Assembly: GCA_977017575.1 (NCBI GenBank)
Contig: CDRNVI010000063.1
Location: forward strand, 1-64,000
Length of the DNA: 64,000 nt
Direction of reading: 5' to 3'
Source: Paramoeba atlantica
Lineage: Eukaryota; Protista; Discosea
The position numbers were made by a program, and so were the translations under genes. Positions 34,360-43,549 of the stretch are shown piece by piece (within the stretch, counting starts at the first letter, position 1; every line of letters begins with the position of its first letter). Under the pieces are notes generated by a model. That model saw only the letters and a program-made list of their open reading frames with translations, had not been told where the DNA came from and did not search any database.

Positions 34360-36981
34360 TTATGCGGACAGTGTCTCTGCATCGCTCCATTGCGGGGAAT
34401 CACGCTTATGCCATAATAAGAAGCTGGAACGGATAGCAGCTCGGGAGAGTGACGCCCGACATTTAGCCCCCAAATCTTCGTCCCCTCCAAACAACCGATT
34501 AATATCCGCTGAGGAGGCTACCAGACCACCTCGTGCTCCAATTTCGAATACGAGGAGGTACGTGTTCGGGTGCACTGTTCGTCGTTCGTGTAATAGGGCG
34601 TTGTACTTGAGGCGTTTATATTCATTTGCCTGCATACAGTTTTCTTCCCAGGGGACAGTGAGCTCAACGATGAATTCTGTACCGTCAGTCAGTGCAACGA
34701 ATCCGTCTGGGCGTTGATGATTTGTATTGTTGTGCAGCCAGTGTGGTGGATTTCGGTGACCTAGTAGGTCAAAATGCTGGTATTTTGTATGCGGGGATTC
34801 TTGGATGCGTTTGGCCAGTTCAGCTAGCACTGTGTCGTGTCTGAGGGTATAACGCCCCTGATCAAGAGATGTTTTGCAACCTGAAATAACGTGTCGTACC
34901 GTCTGTGCTTCTTTTCCGCATACCACACATGTCGCATTTGAGAAGTGAAGGCCACATGTCCGAAGGTTTGACTTTGAGGGTAAAGGAGTGGTAAGTAGAA
35001 CCGAGGTCGCAAAACGTGTTAGCTTCGTGCTGTTCAGATTGTTCAGTACGGCGGAAAACTCCTTCGCAAGTTCAGTTTCGGAAGGTGTTGTCCACCATTG
35101 GGCTGCGACCGGTGCTCGTTTCTGAAGGTCTTGTACAATTTTCGCTTCGTAATATTCCCCCATGATTTGTTTGGCGCGTTTTGCGTCGTTTAGATGTTGG
35201 AGGATTTCGCATGCTGGTCGTAGTTGCCCTCTAGCTCGCCTGTTTTGCTCCTCTTCAATGCGGGAACGTAGCGCTGCTTGGACATTGATGTCTCTGGATT
35301 TATTCATTTGAGTCATCGCGGTGGCAGTGCATTCGAACCAAAGCTTAGAGAGTGCTGTTAGGCCCCAACCGCGATCTGAGTACAGGACTTCTGTGCTACC
35401 TTTAGAGGCCATGTTGATCCATTTCCTAATGTAGGAGGTTGCCGTCTTCTGGAGTCGAAGTATAAAGTTGAACGTTATGCATGGATGGACCGTGAAAGCA
35501 TATCGTAGGCGAGCGAGCATGACATTTTGATAGATCCATAGTTTTTCAGGTAGCGTATGTGCGCTTCGGTGCACATTTTGTAACCAAGTCTTAAGTTTCG
35601 CGTTCAACTTTTTATATAGCTCTCTGGCTTGTTGTGCTCCAGGGGCCAGTGTCATTCCCAGGAAGGCACTACCTCTGTCGCAAATGTGGGGAATCGGATC
35701 TCCGTCACATTCAATCTTTGGCCGCCTCGTCATATATCCTGGATGTTCCGTTCCCGCTCGAATGGCCATACATTGTACCCTACTTTTTTCGACGTTGATA
35801 GACAATCCAATGCGTCTAAGGACGATAGAGAGTGATTGTATTGCATTGTTCATGTCGAAATCACTTGACGTAATTATCGTAAGGTCATCAACATAAGCCT
35901 TTAGGAAGTGCTTTGGTGTATCGGGGTAGGATATGCCATAGTACGGGCATGTGCGACGCATGTAGCGGAGGACGATCTCCATCGCAATATTGAAGAGCAC
36001 TGGGGATAGAGTATCACCTTGTAGTACGCCACGTTGCACTGCGATTTCCTTGGTTAGTCCTTGGTCGCATTTGAATCTCGTAGTGGCTGAGAGATACATG
36101 CCTTTGATGTATTCAATGATTTCGGGTGACACGCGCGCCCAGGTGAGAGCTTCGAATATGCTGTCGTGGGAAAGCGAACCGAATGCGTTTCTGAGGTCGA
36201 TCTGGGCCAGACAGTACTGATTCTTCTTGCGCTGATGATGTTGCAGCAGGTTACACAGTGTTTGGGTGTGTTCCAGAGTTCCATTCATCCGTGGTAGAAA
36301 CCCCTTTTGGATAGTCGTCTCAATGACTCCTGAGCTTACAGCATGGTCCAGGAGTTGGTGTCCTATGATGCTGTGAAGAAGTTTTCCCAGACAGCTTGTG
36401 AGTGCTATGGGCCGCCAGTTCCTAGGTATTTTAGGGTCTCCACCTTTGTGGATAAGACGCGTGATCGCTAGAGACCACGACGTGGGGCATGTCCCGAATT
36501 TTATTAAGTCATTAAACATTTTGGCCAGGGAGCTGTATAGTGCTGGGCATCGTTTTAGCGCTGCGTTTGTGATTGTATCTTGCCCTGGTGAGCTAGAGCC
36601 CCGTTTGCTTGAGATGGCATTGACGATTGTTTCGGCTGTTACTGGTATCCACGTCATTTCGTTGGTGGCTCTAGGGCCTAGTATATCGAAGTTAGGGAGC
36701 CGGAGAGTGTCGCGCTCTTTCGTTAGGGTTTGACTGAAATGTTCCTCTATTTCGAGCATTGTACAGCTTGGGTATTGCGTGTTTGTGACTTCATCCTCAC
36801 TGGGTCTGTCCATGGCTTCAGCAGCCGCAGTCCATGGGTTTCTTGAGAAACGTTCATGCGCCCATCTACCTTCTAACGCTCGGCGTTGCACGTCGGCCTC
36901 GTCTGCGTAGATTCTTTCTAGCTTCTTGTTTTCTTTGATTTGGCGGGGTAAGGTACAGTGTATTTCGGGCTTCCGTGCCAT
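34360..36981 (-). CDS. Retrotransposon ORF2: reverse transcriptase, CCHC knuckle, restriction-like endonuclease
   Basis: SSPGQDTI, NWRPIAL, QKGF, IDLRNAFGS, QGDTLSP, YVDD, CVVC..RHVISGC, RPD..VELTVPWEEN. Confidence 0.95.
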   Translation of the reverse strand: MARKPEIHCTLPRQIKENKKLERIYADEADVQRRALEGRWAHERFSRNPWTAAAEAMDRPSEDEVTNTQYPSCTMLEIEEHFSQTLTKERDTLRLPNFDILGPRATNEMTWIPVTAETIVNAISSKRGSSSPGQDTITNAALKRCPALYSSLAKMFNDLIKFGTCPTSWSLAITRLIHKGGDPKIPRNWRPIALTSCLGKLLHSIIGHQLLDHAVSSGVIETTIQKGFLPRMNGTLEHTQTLCNLLQHHQRKKNQYCLAQIDLRNAFGSLSHDSIFEALTWARVSPEIIEYIKGMYLSATTRFKCDQGLTKEIAVQRGVLQGDTLSPVLFNIAMEIVLRYMRRTCPYYGISYPDTPKHFLKAYVDDLTIITSSDFDMNNAIQSLSIVLRRIGLSINVEKSRVQCMAIRAGTEHPGYMTRRPKIECDGDPIPHICDRGSAFLGMTLAPGAQQARELYKKLNAKLKTWLQNVHRSAHTLPEKLWIYQNVMLARLRYAFTVHPCITFNFILRLQKTATSYIRKWINMASKGSTEVLYSDRGWGLTALSKLWFECTATAMTQMNKSRDINVQAALRSRIEEEQNRRARGQLRPACEILQHLNDAKRAKQIMGEYYEAKIVQDLQKRAPVAAQWWTTPSETELAKEFSAVLNNLNSTKLTRFATSVLLTTPLPSKSNLRTCGLHFSNATCVVCGKEAQTVRHVISGCKTSLDQGRYTLRHDTVLAELAKRIQESPHTKYQHFDLLGHRNPPHWLHNNTNHQRPDGFVALTDGTEFIVELTVPWEENCMQANEYKRLKYNALLHERRTVHPNTYLLVFEIGARGGLVASSADINRLFGGDEDLGAKCRASLSRAAIRSSFLLWHKRDSPQWSDAETLSA

Positions 36982-38824
36982 GGGTGAATCTAAGGGATCG
37001 TTTCAGTCGTTGTATATGCTTGGATAGTTCTTGGTTCACTTTTTCTATGGCTAAAGGTCTGTATTTAAATTTGGAATGTCCTTGTTTTGTGCGAAGAACG
37101 AACCCTTTGGTGGGATTCACCTCTTGACTCACCTCAAAGGTTGATACAGCGATAGACGCGGCGAGTATAGCACCGTTCTCCTTTGCTAGGAACGCGTTTG
37201 CGGTGTCTTTGTGTAGGAGCTCCTTGCATCTCCCTAGGGCTCGCTTTTCTACTGAACGCCATTGATCATCGTTTAGTTTGACGCAGAGTTTCCCACCTTG
37301 AATGTCGTTGTGTTGTTGAAGTAGTTCATGCCTTTTCTTGTGTAAGGGATCGTCGTGGTTCGGTGCCGGGCAATGATTCGTTGCTTCTCCGGAGATATTC
37401 GTGGTATTTCTTGCATGCGTGGAAGATTGCAGTTGAGAGAGAGGCCCGTATATCTTGCAGCATCGGTGGGCGCATGAGAGCTTTTCTCGGCATGTGTGCT
37501 TGCAGGGTCCTTTTCCCCCCGCGCCTGGGTACCCAAATGTAACACAAGTCGTACTGGGTCGCGCTGCGTGGTTCGTGCTTTGATCTGGCTGTAAACTCGC
37601 GCTTTTGGGGGCTTCTTTGACGTCATTCTTCCTAGATATGTGCTTTGCTTCGTAGTGCTTCATAGTGCTGCGGTACTTCCAGTCACGCTCGGGGTCCTGT
37701 GTGGGGTCGTATCCTGACTGCATCGATCTCTCGCTTTTCTGTACTGCCTCGTTGACAGGGGCCCCTGCTTTTCTACCAGTTGCGAAAGCTTCACAGAGTT
37801 CAGAGACCCTACTAGTTGCCCATCCTGCCAACACTCCGACCTTTTCCAGAAAGGTTGTATCGTCATCATTCATGTCAGGCACTGGATTCGGGGTGGGCAG
37901 GTCGTTCACTGGGCCTTTGTACTGTGATGTTGCCGCTTTCTCTGCTCTTGAATGCGGGTTTCGCCGACTTCTAGTGGGCATGTCTGTGGCCTTCGGGGAG
38001 TGACCAAGTTCGCGAGTCGAGCTTCTCAAGTCCCATTTTAGCGTTCTGCCGGTGGTCGAGTTCAAATTCGTTGTGTCAAGGGTAGAGGTGCTTGCAGGTT
38101 CTTGATTGTGGGTAGGTCCAAATATTTTGCAACACTTGTGCAGGCACGTTAGCTTGCTAGAGCTTTTGTGTCTGCAGGGTCCTTTGAGAGGTTCCACGGT
38201 CTGTGGTTCGTTGGGTTTCGTAGAACGTGGCTTCGCAATTTGGAAAGGTGTGCCCTCTACTCTTTGTGCCGGTTGGTATGGTGTAATTTCGGTGTTGGAG
38301 TTTGTGTTTCGGGTAATTTTGATGGTAAACTTTTCAAGCCCCGGTACTTTAGCCCCGCTCACGGACTTCAGGACTGCTTTGCCTAGGGCGTTCGGGCTGG
38401 AGTACGAGTCGCTGATGCTAAGGTGGGGGTCATTGAATAGGGAAGTCCAGCTGGCGTGGTAGTACTTTTCCGATGGGTGCGAGTTTCTGCTAATTTCAAT
38501 GTAGTCGCAGGCATCGTGATGTATTAGTTCCTCGAGTGTAGCTGCCTCTATTATCAAATCATGTGGTGTTCCCTTGCCGTTGAGGGCCTTACTAAGTGCA
38601 GCTTCAGCACCTTGTTGTGAAGCGATGCGTTGTCTCACGAGATGACTAAGACAAGCGGACTTTATGTCGGGGTAGTAGTTCCAAAGCATACTATCCATCG
38701 TGCGTATTTTGACGGATCGTGCCCGGCTCTGGATGAAATGCAAAGACTGTTTCCGCGCAACGCCGGGTCCTTGAGGAAGGCCTGGTGTTGCATTTTCCTC
38801 CTGTGTGGCGGTTCTGGTTGTCAT
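36866..38824 (-). CDS. Retrotransposon ORF1 / N-terminal region with two C-x-H-x-C-x4-C-x-H-x-C-C type Zn fingers
   Basis: GPCRHKSSSKLTCLHKCCKIFGP and GPCKHTCREKLSCAHRCCKIYGP; overlaps ORF2 by 116 nt, with ORF2 in the +1 frame. Confidence 0.85.
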   Translation of the reverse strand: MTTRTATQEENATPGLPQGPGVARKQSLHFIQSRARSVKIRTMDSMLWNYYPDIKSACLSHLVRQRIASQQGAEAALSKALNGKGTPHDLIIEAATLEELIHHDACDYIEISRNSHPSEKYYHASWTSLFNDPHLSISDSYSSPNALGKAVLKSVSGAKVPGLEKFTIKITRNTNSNTEITPYQPAQRVEGTPFQIAKPRSTKPNEPQTVEPLKGPCRHKSSSKLTCLHKCCKIFGPTHNQEPASTSTLDTTNLNSTTGRTLKWDLRSSTRELGHSPKATDMPTRSRRNPHSRAEKAATSQYKGPVNDLPTPNPVPDMNDDDTTFLEKVGVLAGWATSRVSELCEAFATGRKAGAPVNEAVQKSERSMQSGYDPTQDPERDWKYRSTMKHYEAKHISRKNDVKEAPKSASLQPDQSTNHAARPSTTCVTFGYPGAGGKGPCKHTCREKLSCAHRCCKIYGPLSQLQSSTHARNTTNISGEATNHCPAPNHDDPLHKKRHELLQQHNDIQGGKLCVKLNDDQWRSVEKRALGRCKELLHKDTANAFLAKENGAILAASIAVSTFEVSQEVNPTKGFVLRTKQGHSKFKYRPLAIEKVNQELSKHIQRLKRSLRFTHGTEARNTLYLTPPNQRKQEARKNLRRRGRRATPSVRR

Positions 38825-38869
38825 GGAGGTTTCATACAGTTAGTACCAAGTAGAAAAATTAAAATAATT

Positions 38870-38898
38870 CAACAAGGTACAGAAACTGTATCTTTATC
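38870..38898 (-). other. Spliced-leader-derived 29-mer forming the 5' end of the retrotransposon
   Basis: GATAAAGATACAGTTTCTGTACCTTGTTG; ACAGTTTCTGTAC...TTG is the conserved 3' block of kinetoplastid SL exons (T. brucei ...AACAGTTTCTGTACTATATTG). Confidence 0.85.
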
Positions 38899-39422
38899 AA
38901 CATACTCAGTGTAGGGGAAAGTTGACTCAAGTCAACGGGACCGGTGAATTGGTTTCCCGGGATGTTAAGACGCACCAGCGCCGGGGGAAGACTCGCAAGT
39001 TTGACCTCTTCTTGAAAAAGATTATCATACAGCACCACCTCCTCCAGGGAGACGGGAAGCGTGTCCCAGGGAATGCCCCCTGTGAGAAATGTTTTTGTGA
39101 GGTAGAGCATTTGCGTGGTTGCGGGAAGCGCCCTGAACTCCAGGTATCCTCTGTAAAAGTCGCGCAGGACAACCACGCGCAGCCTTCCCTGGGGGTCACA
39201 TCGGAACCCCTCCCAGGTACACTCCGAGACGGGCTCACGCCCACACCATGTGAAACGTGAGAGCACCCAGCTCGAGTGGGGGTTCTCAACGCGATGTACG
39301 AGACGCTCCATTTGCTCGTCATGAGGAAGAAGCGCTGCAATGACCTTTCCGCGACGAACGTGGACGTCGTCCACAGTATGGAGGAGAGAGAAGGCGAGGG
39401 TAGAAAGGAGGAATAAGGGCAT
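38895..39422 (-). pseudogene. 5' half of the LRR gene split by the full-length retrotransposon
   Basis: RRGKV..LLP...NPHSSW...CTWEGFRC cap, then LRRs ending LSQLSPTLSMLI. Confidence 0.9.
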
Positions 39423-40177
39423 GTAAAATATACGGGGAATGAATTGAATAAAAGAAAAAAGAAAGAAAATAAGTAAATAATGGAGGCAGTACTTACCGAG
39501 TTTAGGGATGCACTTACCGAGTTTAGGTATCTTAGAAAGTTTGTTGTGTCAAAGAAGAGTAATAGAACCGATAAAAGAAAATGGACTAATAATTTATCAT
39601 TCGTAATCTAATGAAAGTAGCATAAAAAATCAAAGAGATAAACCACATCAGAACGAAAAATTTGAATTTCGTATGTATCCTTTAAAATATCCACTTCTAA
39701 ATGAAAGTTCATAGGGAAGCAAGAGTACAACAACAAAATCAAAGAAAATATTTTACTTTTTCCACTTTTCTTCCGCGTAGTTTCATGCTTTTCGTTGGTA
39801 TAGCGGTGCCTAATCAATATTTACTACATGATCTTCAACTCAACACTTTATAAATTATTAATAATTCAGAATACTCTTTGTAAAATTTTATGACGTCAAA
39901 GTTCCTTGCGTCAAACAGATAAATAAATAAAAATGTTTGTCACGTCACGAACATTCGTTTTCTTTAGCTCAGGTATGTGCAAGGTACGTTTTTTCAATTA
40001 CAACATCGCCAATCTTTATGCAACATATCGTTTAGCAAGACCGCTGTATAAAGAACAATGCCTATAGGTACATTCAATTCATAAACACACTTTTTTAATC
40101 ATTTTTCAGGAATTTATTTTAGCAAGGTTTCTGCCTCAAGCAGGATAGAAGAACAGTCTGCAGGCTCTGAAATAATA

Positions 40178-41239
40178 TTACTTAAATCCGTAATTCGCAA
40201 TGATGGCCTTGATTTCATGTTTCACAACCGGCTTTAGACGCCAAAGACGCTTGAAATCAGTTTCATTTGAAAATCCTGTAGCAAGTCGTAATGAATGTCC
40301 GAGGTACTGGAGAGCAACCAGCTCGTTGATGGAAAACATCGCACTAATGGGTTCCACAAGTAAGCCAATGTAAGACGAATGTGGATATGCTTCATGGAGA
40401 GACTTAACACACGCTTGAGCGGAAGAAACTTCGTTTTCCAGCGTAGGACCCAATGCAGTGACTTTGCCGTCCAAGAATGTCAGAGCCACGAAGACGTTTT
40501 GTAGTTCGCGATTTCGAGCCCAGCGAAACAGGAAGGACAGATAACCGTTCGCTCCAGTCCAAAATGGATCGGCATACGGCAAAGAACCGTATCTGACCAA
40601 TGTTGCTCCGATTTTATTATACACCACGTTCAGAAGCGGAGAAAGGGGTTGCAAGTGTAAATATTTCGGATGAGAGTCAAGACCGTATTGTTTCTTCATC
40701 AAGGATGTCACAACAATTTGTTGACGAGCGAGAAATTCATTGTCAGTTCGCATACACAGATCACTGGCAATCGTTAAAATGGAGCTCGCAACCATGTTGA
40801 TCAAGTCGCTGGAAAAAGTTAGAATCTTGCTTTTCTGTACTTTCGTAAACACCGCAGTGCAGCACATATTTTTGTGGAAAGAACACATTGCGTTCAAAGG
40901 TAACTCACCGCAAATCACGCACAGCATGTTACAAATACAGTAAGAAATATCCACTTTCTTCCCAGCGGCTACCATGAGGCGTCCAATCGACCAAATCGTT
41001 TGTTTGCCTACTGGAATGAGAAACTTCCATGGCGGTTGCTTCACACCCATTTCAGAAACAAGTTCTGATGTCGGAGGAATGACTCCAAGTGGGATTTGTT
41101 GCAAATCTTCTTGAAGATCCATTACATGGGTTTTGTTGGATAGCGCTTCCTTGTGATTGATTGCTCCAATGCCTTGTGATTGGTTGCTTTCGTGCTTCAG
41201 GGAGCACTCCTTTGAAAAGACTTCAGGGTCAAGAGCCAT
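40178..41239 (-). CDS. Hypothetical protein (probable start MALDPE at 41239) with a Cys-rich patch
   Basis: Long ORF on the cluster strand; CICNMLCVICGE...CSFHKNMCC. Confidence 0.7.
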   Translation of the reverse strand: MALDPEVFSKECSLKHESNQSQGIGAINHKEALSNKTHVMDLQEDLQQIPLGVIPPTSELVSEMGVKQPPWKFLIPVGKQTIWSIGRLMVAAGKKVDISYCICNMLCVICGELPLNAMCSFHKNMCCTAVFTKVQKSKILTFSSDLINMVASSILTIASDLCMRTDNEFLARQQIVVTSLMKKQYGLDSHPKYLHLQPLSPLLNVVYNKIGATLVRYGSLPYADPFWTGANGYLSFLFRWARNRELQNVFVALTFLDGKVTALGPTLENEVSSAQACVKSLHEAYPHSSYIGLLVEPISAMFSINELVALQYLGHSLRLATGFSNETDFKRLWRLKPVVKHEIKAIIANYGFK

Positions 41240-41456
41240 GTACCTGTGCTGTGAAAAAAAGAAATAGATCTGCAGTACAAAGATGAGTGACACAAGCAAG
41301 GACGAGGCAAGGATGAGGTAAATATGAATGATAGAATACAGCAAGGTATACAAGTTGTAGTTTTTCAACCTCTTTACCTTCAAGTTGTAGATTTTCAACC
41401 TCGCTAAAATTTAGTCAATAAGCGACAAGCAAATTACAAAACCGAGTCTTTCTGCA

Positions 41457-42188
41457 CTATACCATAACTCCTAGCCTTAAAAGCTCCTTGTACTTAGGGG
41501 AAAGGGTAAGTCGCTCGTCTCTGTACATACGAATGTCACCATTGCGCACAGTAATATTCGTTTCCTCGAAATCATGGTATCGAATGACCTTTGGAAGTTG
41601 TAAGATATCGATCTCACCACAAAGACCAGGATTATGACAAAACGTAATGGTTTCCAGAGTGCAAGGTAAATTTCCAAACGTCACCCCGCCACTGAACTTA
41701 TTGACCGCAAGATGCAACACTCGCATTTCGCAAGGTAAATTTCCAAATTGAGGTGTTCCAGAAAATCTGTTATGATTCATAACAAGGTCACGCATTGGAG
41801 GTGGTAGATTGTCGAACTCCACTTCTCCGATTAAATTATTCTGATTTAATACAAGAGAAACTACGGTACTGGGCAAGAATTCCCACCGCAAAAATCCTGA
41901 AAGACGAACAATATTTTTATAGGAGGATAAATAATCTCCGGAAAAATCAACGCGCATAATTTCGCCATGTTCATCACATGCCACGCCTTGCCATGTGCAA
42001 ACTGACACACTCTTGACACGCCCAAATATACTCTTCTTAGTTGCTCTCCACGACTTGGGCCTTTGCGTCAAATGTACCTTTGCGATAAAGCGTTCCAACA
42101 TGTCCATTTGTGGTAATAACATGGATGAAACCTTCCCACGACGAAAGTCAGAATCGACATCCGCTGTGTTCGAAACAATCATCTCCAT
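41457..42188 (-). CDS. Leucine-rich repeat protein
   Basis: RRGKVSSMLLPQ...VCTWQGVAC cap and about 4 LRRs. Confidence 0.9.
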   Translation of the reverse strand: MEMIVSNTADVDSDFRRGKVSSMLLPQMDMLERFIAKVHLTQRPKSWRATKKSIFGRVKSVSVCTWQGVACDEHGEIMRVDFSGDYLSSYKNIVRLSGFLRWEFLPSTVVSLVLNQNNLIGEVEFDNLPPPMRDLVMNHNRFSGTPQFGNLPCEMRVLHLAVNKFSGGVTFGNLPCTLETITFCHNPGLCGEIDILQLPKVIRYHDFEETNITVRNGDIRMYRDERLTLSPKYKELLRLGVMV

Positions 42189-42550
42189 CCTTCCCTAGAA
42201 AAAATCAGTGAATCTAAAGAGAAAAATAATGAGCAACACATTACTATTATACAGTAGTAGAGCGATACAGCATTATATTGCGTTTAGTACAAGAAAAACA
42301 TAAAAAGAGATATTCCAACTTACAAGAGCTTTGAAAACTTCGTGAAACCTTGCTGACTTCACCTTGGAGATTTCATTGGCCTTCAAGGTGAGAGATTTTT
42401 CCCCAATTCATATGAAGGTGCTGCTGATTCAACGATAGTGATGTCCGATTATGCCGGGTCTGTATAAAGAGATAACAGATTGTCGAAAGAAGCAGTTATA
42501 CGATATAAAGCACCACATTAACCAATTCGGCGGTCCTTGCTGTTTCAACA

Positions 42551-43549
42551 TTAATCGGAATAAAGGTATTTTATGACTGTGGCTTCGGTAGACCACAGTT
42601 CCCTCATACTTTTCCTATTCCAAATCACTATCTTTGTTCCTCCCATGTTGTACGTCGTTCGCTTTGGAATCACGCCTTCTTCCAACGTTCCCCCCAATTC
42701 GGCATTATTCTGCAGCCAAAGTATACGCAGTGAGTGAGGCATCTTACTAAAGTCCAACACCCCGTGAAACAAGTTATTCGAAAGTCCTAAGACATCCAGA
42801 TTCTGAGGAAGACTTGTTAAATCAGGGGTTCCAGTGAGCTCATTATCATTCACAAAGAGAGACTCAAGCTGGGACGGAAGGTTACCGATTTCCAATTCTC
42901 CGGTGAGTTTACTGAAAGTAACACTGAAATGCGTAAGAGACCTGGGTAAGTACTCCCAGTTAAGTGACCCACGTAACCCCAGAAACTCCCAGTGAATCGT
43001 TTCAAGCAGACCATCATCATTGCAACGCAGCCCTTTACGCTGACAAAGTGGCATAGTTGAGTCCCAGGAGTAATGCGGATTCTTCACGTTTTGAATAAGG
43101 TTTGCAAGTTCGTACTCTTGGGGAACATTACCCCGGACTTTTCCAGCCCGAGAAGCGGCACTGAAGTTGCTCGTTTCTGATGACATACAAAACTGAAGTT
43201 TAGTTGAATATGCAAGAAGACGTAAAAATAAGAAACTATACGACATTCTTTTTTCATTCAATGCAGAACAAGCAACTTCAATATTATTGCTGCCAAGTCT
43301 AAAGCACCGACTACATTTGACGAAGGCGTTAAAAAAGCCAATGAACTTTCGGTATACTCCTCCTTCCCGTAATACATGTACATGTGGTTGGCTTGACATA
43401 CCAAACTCTTGGATCATCCAGCCTCCGGAGGAATTAGCAATCCTCGGAAGAATCAGAATCCAAAAAAGAAATTGATTCACCAGCACTTGAAGTACCAGTG
43501 CTTTCGATTTCCCTTTTTTGATTGTTCCCAATTCTTCTGTTTTGGACAC
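42551..43549 (-). CDS. Leucine-rich repeat protein (real start probably at 43243 or 43186)
   Basis: RAGKVRGNVPQEYEL..NPHYSW cap and about 4 LRRs; the upstream part of the ORF overlaps the SCC2 3' end and is likely not translated. Confidence 0.85.
   Translation of the reverse strand: MSKTEELGTIKKGKSKALVLQVLVNQFLFWILILPRIANSSGGWMIQEFGMSSQPHVHVLREGGVYRKFIGFFNAFVKCSRCFRLGSNNIEVACSALNEKRMSYSFLFLRLLAYSTKLQFCMSSETSNFSAASRAGKVRGNVPQEYELANLIQNVKNPHYSWDSTMPLCQRKGLRCNDDGLLETIHWEFLGLRGSLNWEYLPRSLTHFSVTFSKLTGELEIGNLPSQLESLFVNDNELTGTPDLTSLPQNLDVLGLSNNLFHGVLDFSKMPHSLRILWLQNNAELGGTLEEGVIPKRTTYNMGGTKIVIWNRKSMRELWSTEATVIKYLYSD

Larger units (their letters stand above)
34275..38898 (-). mobile_element. Full-length HERO-like (R2-group) non-LTR retrotransposon: SL head, ORF1, ORF2 (RT-Zn knuckle-REL), 3' UTR hairpin, (TCA)n tail; no evident TSD
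   Basis: Both junctions map to the two halves of one LRR gene; GATA microhomology at the 5' junction. Confidence 0.92.

Noticed and set aside
34275-38898. SLACS/CRE-type insertion into an SL RNA gene as the explanation for the SL at the element's end
   Set aside because: The flanks are two halves of an LRR gene, no SL intron or duplicated SL is at the 3' junction, and the SL piece is fused to the UTR without GT.
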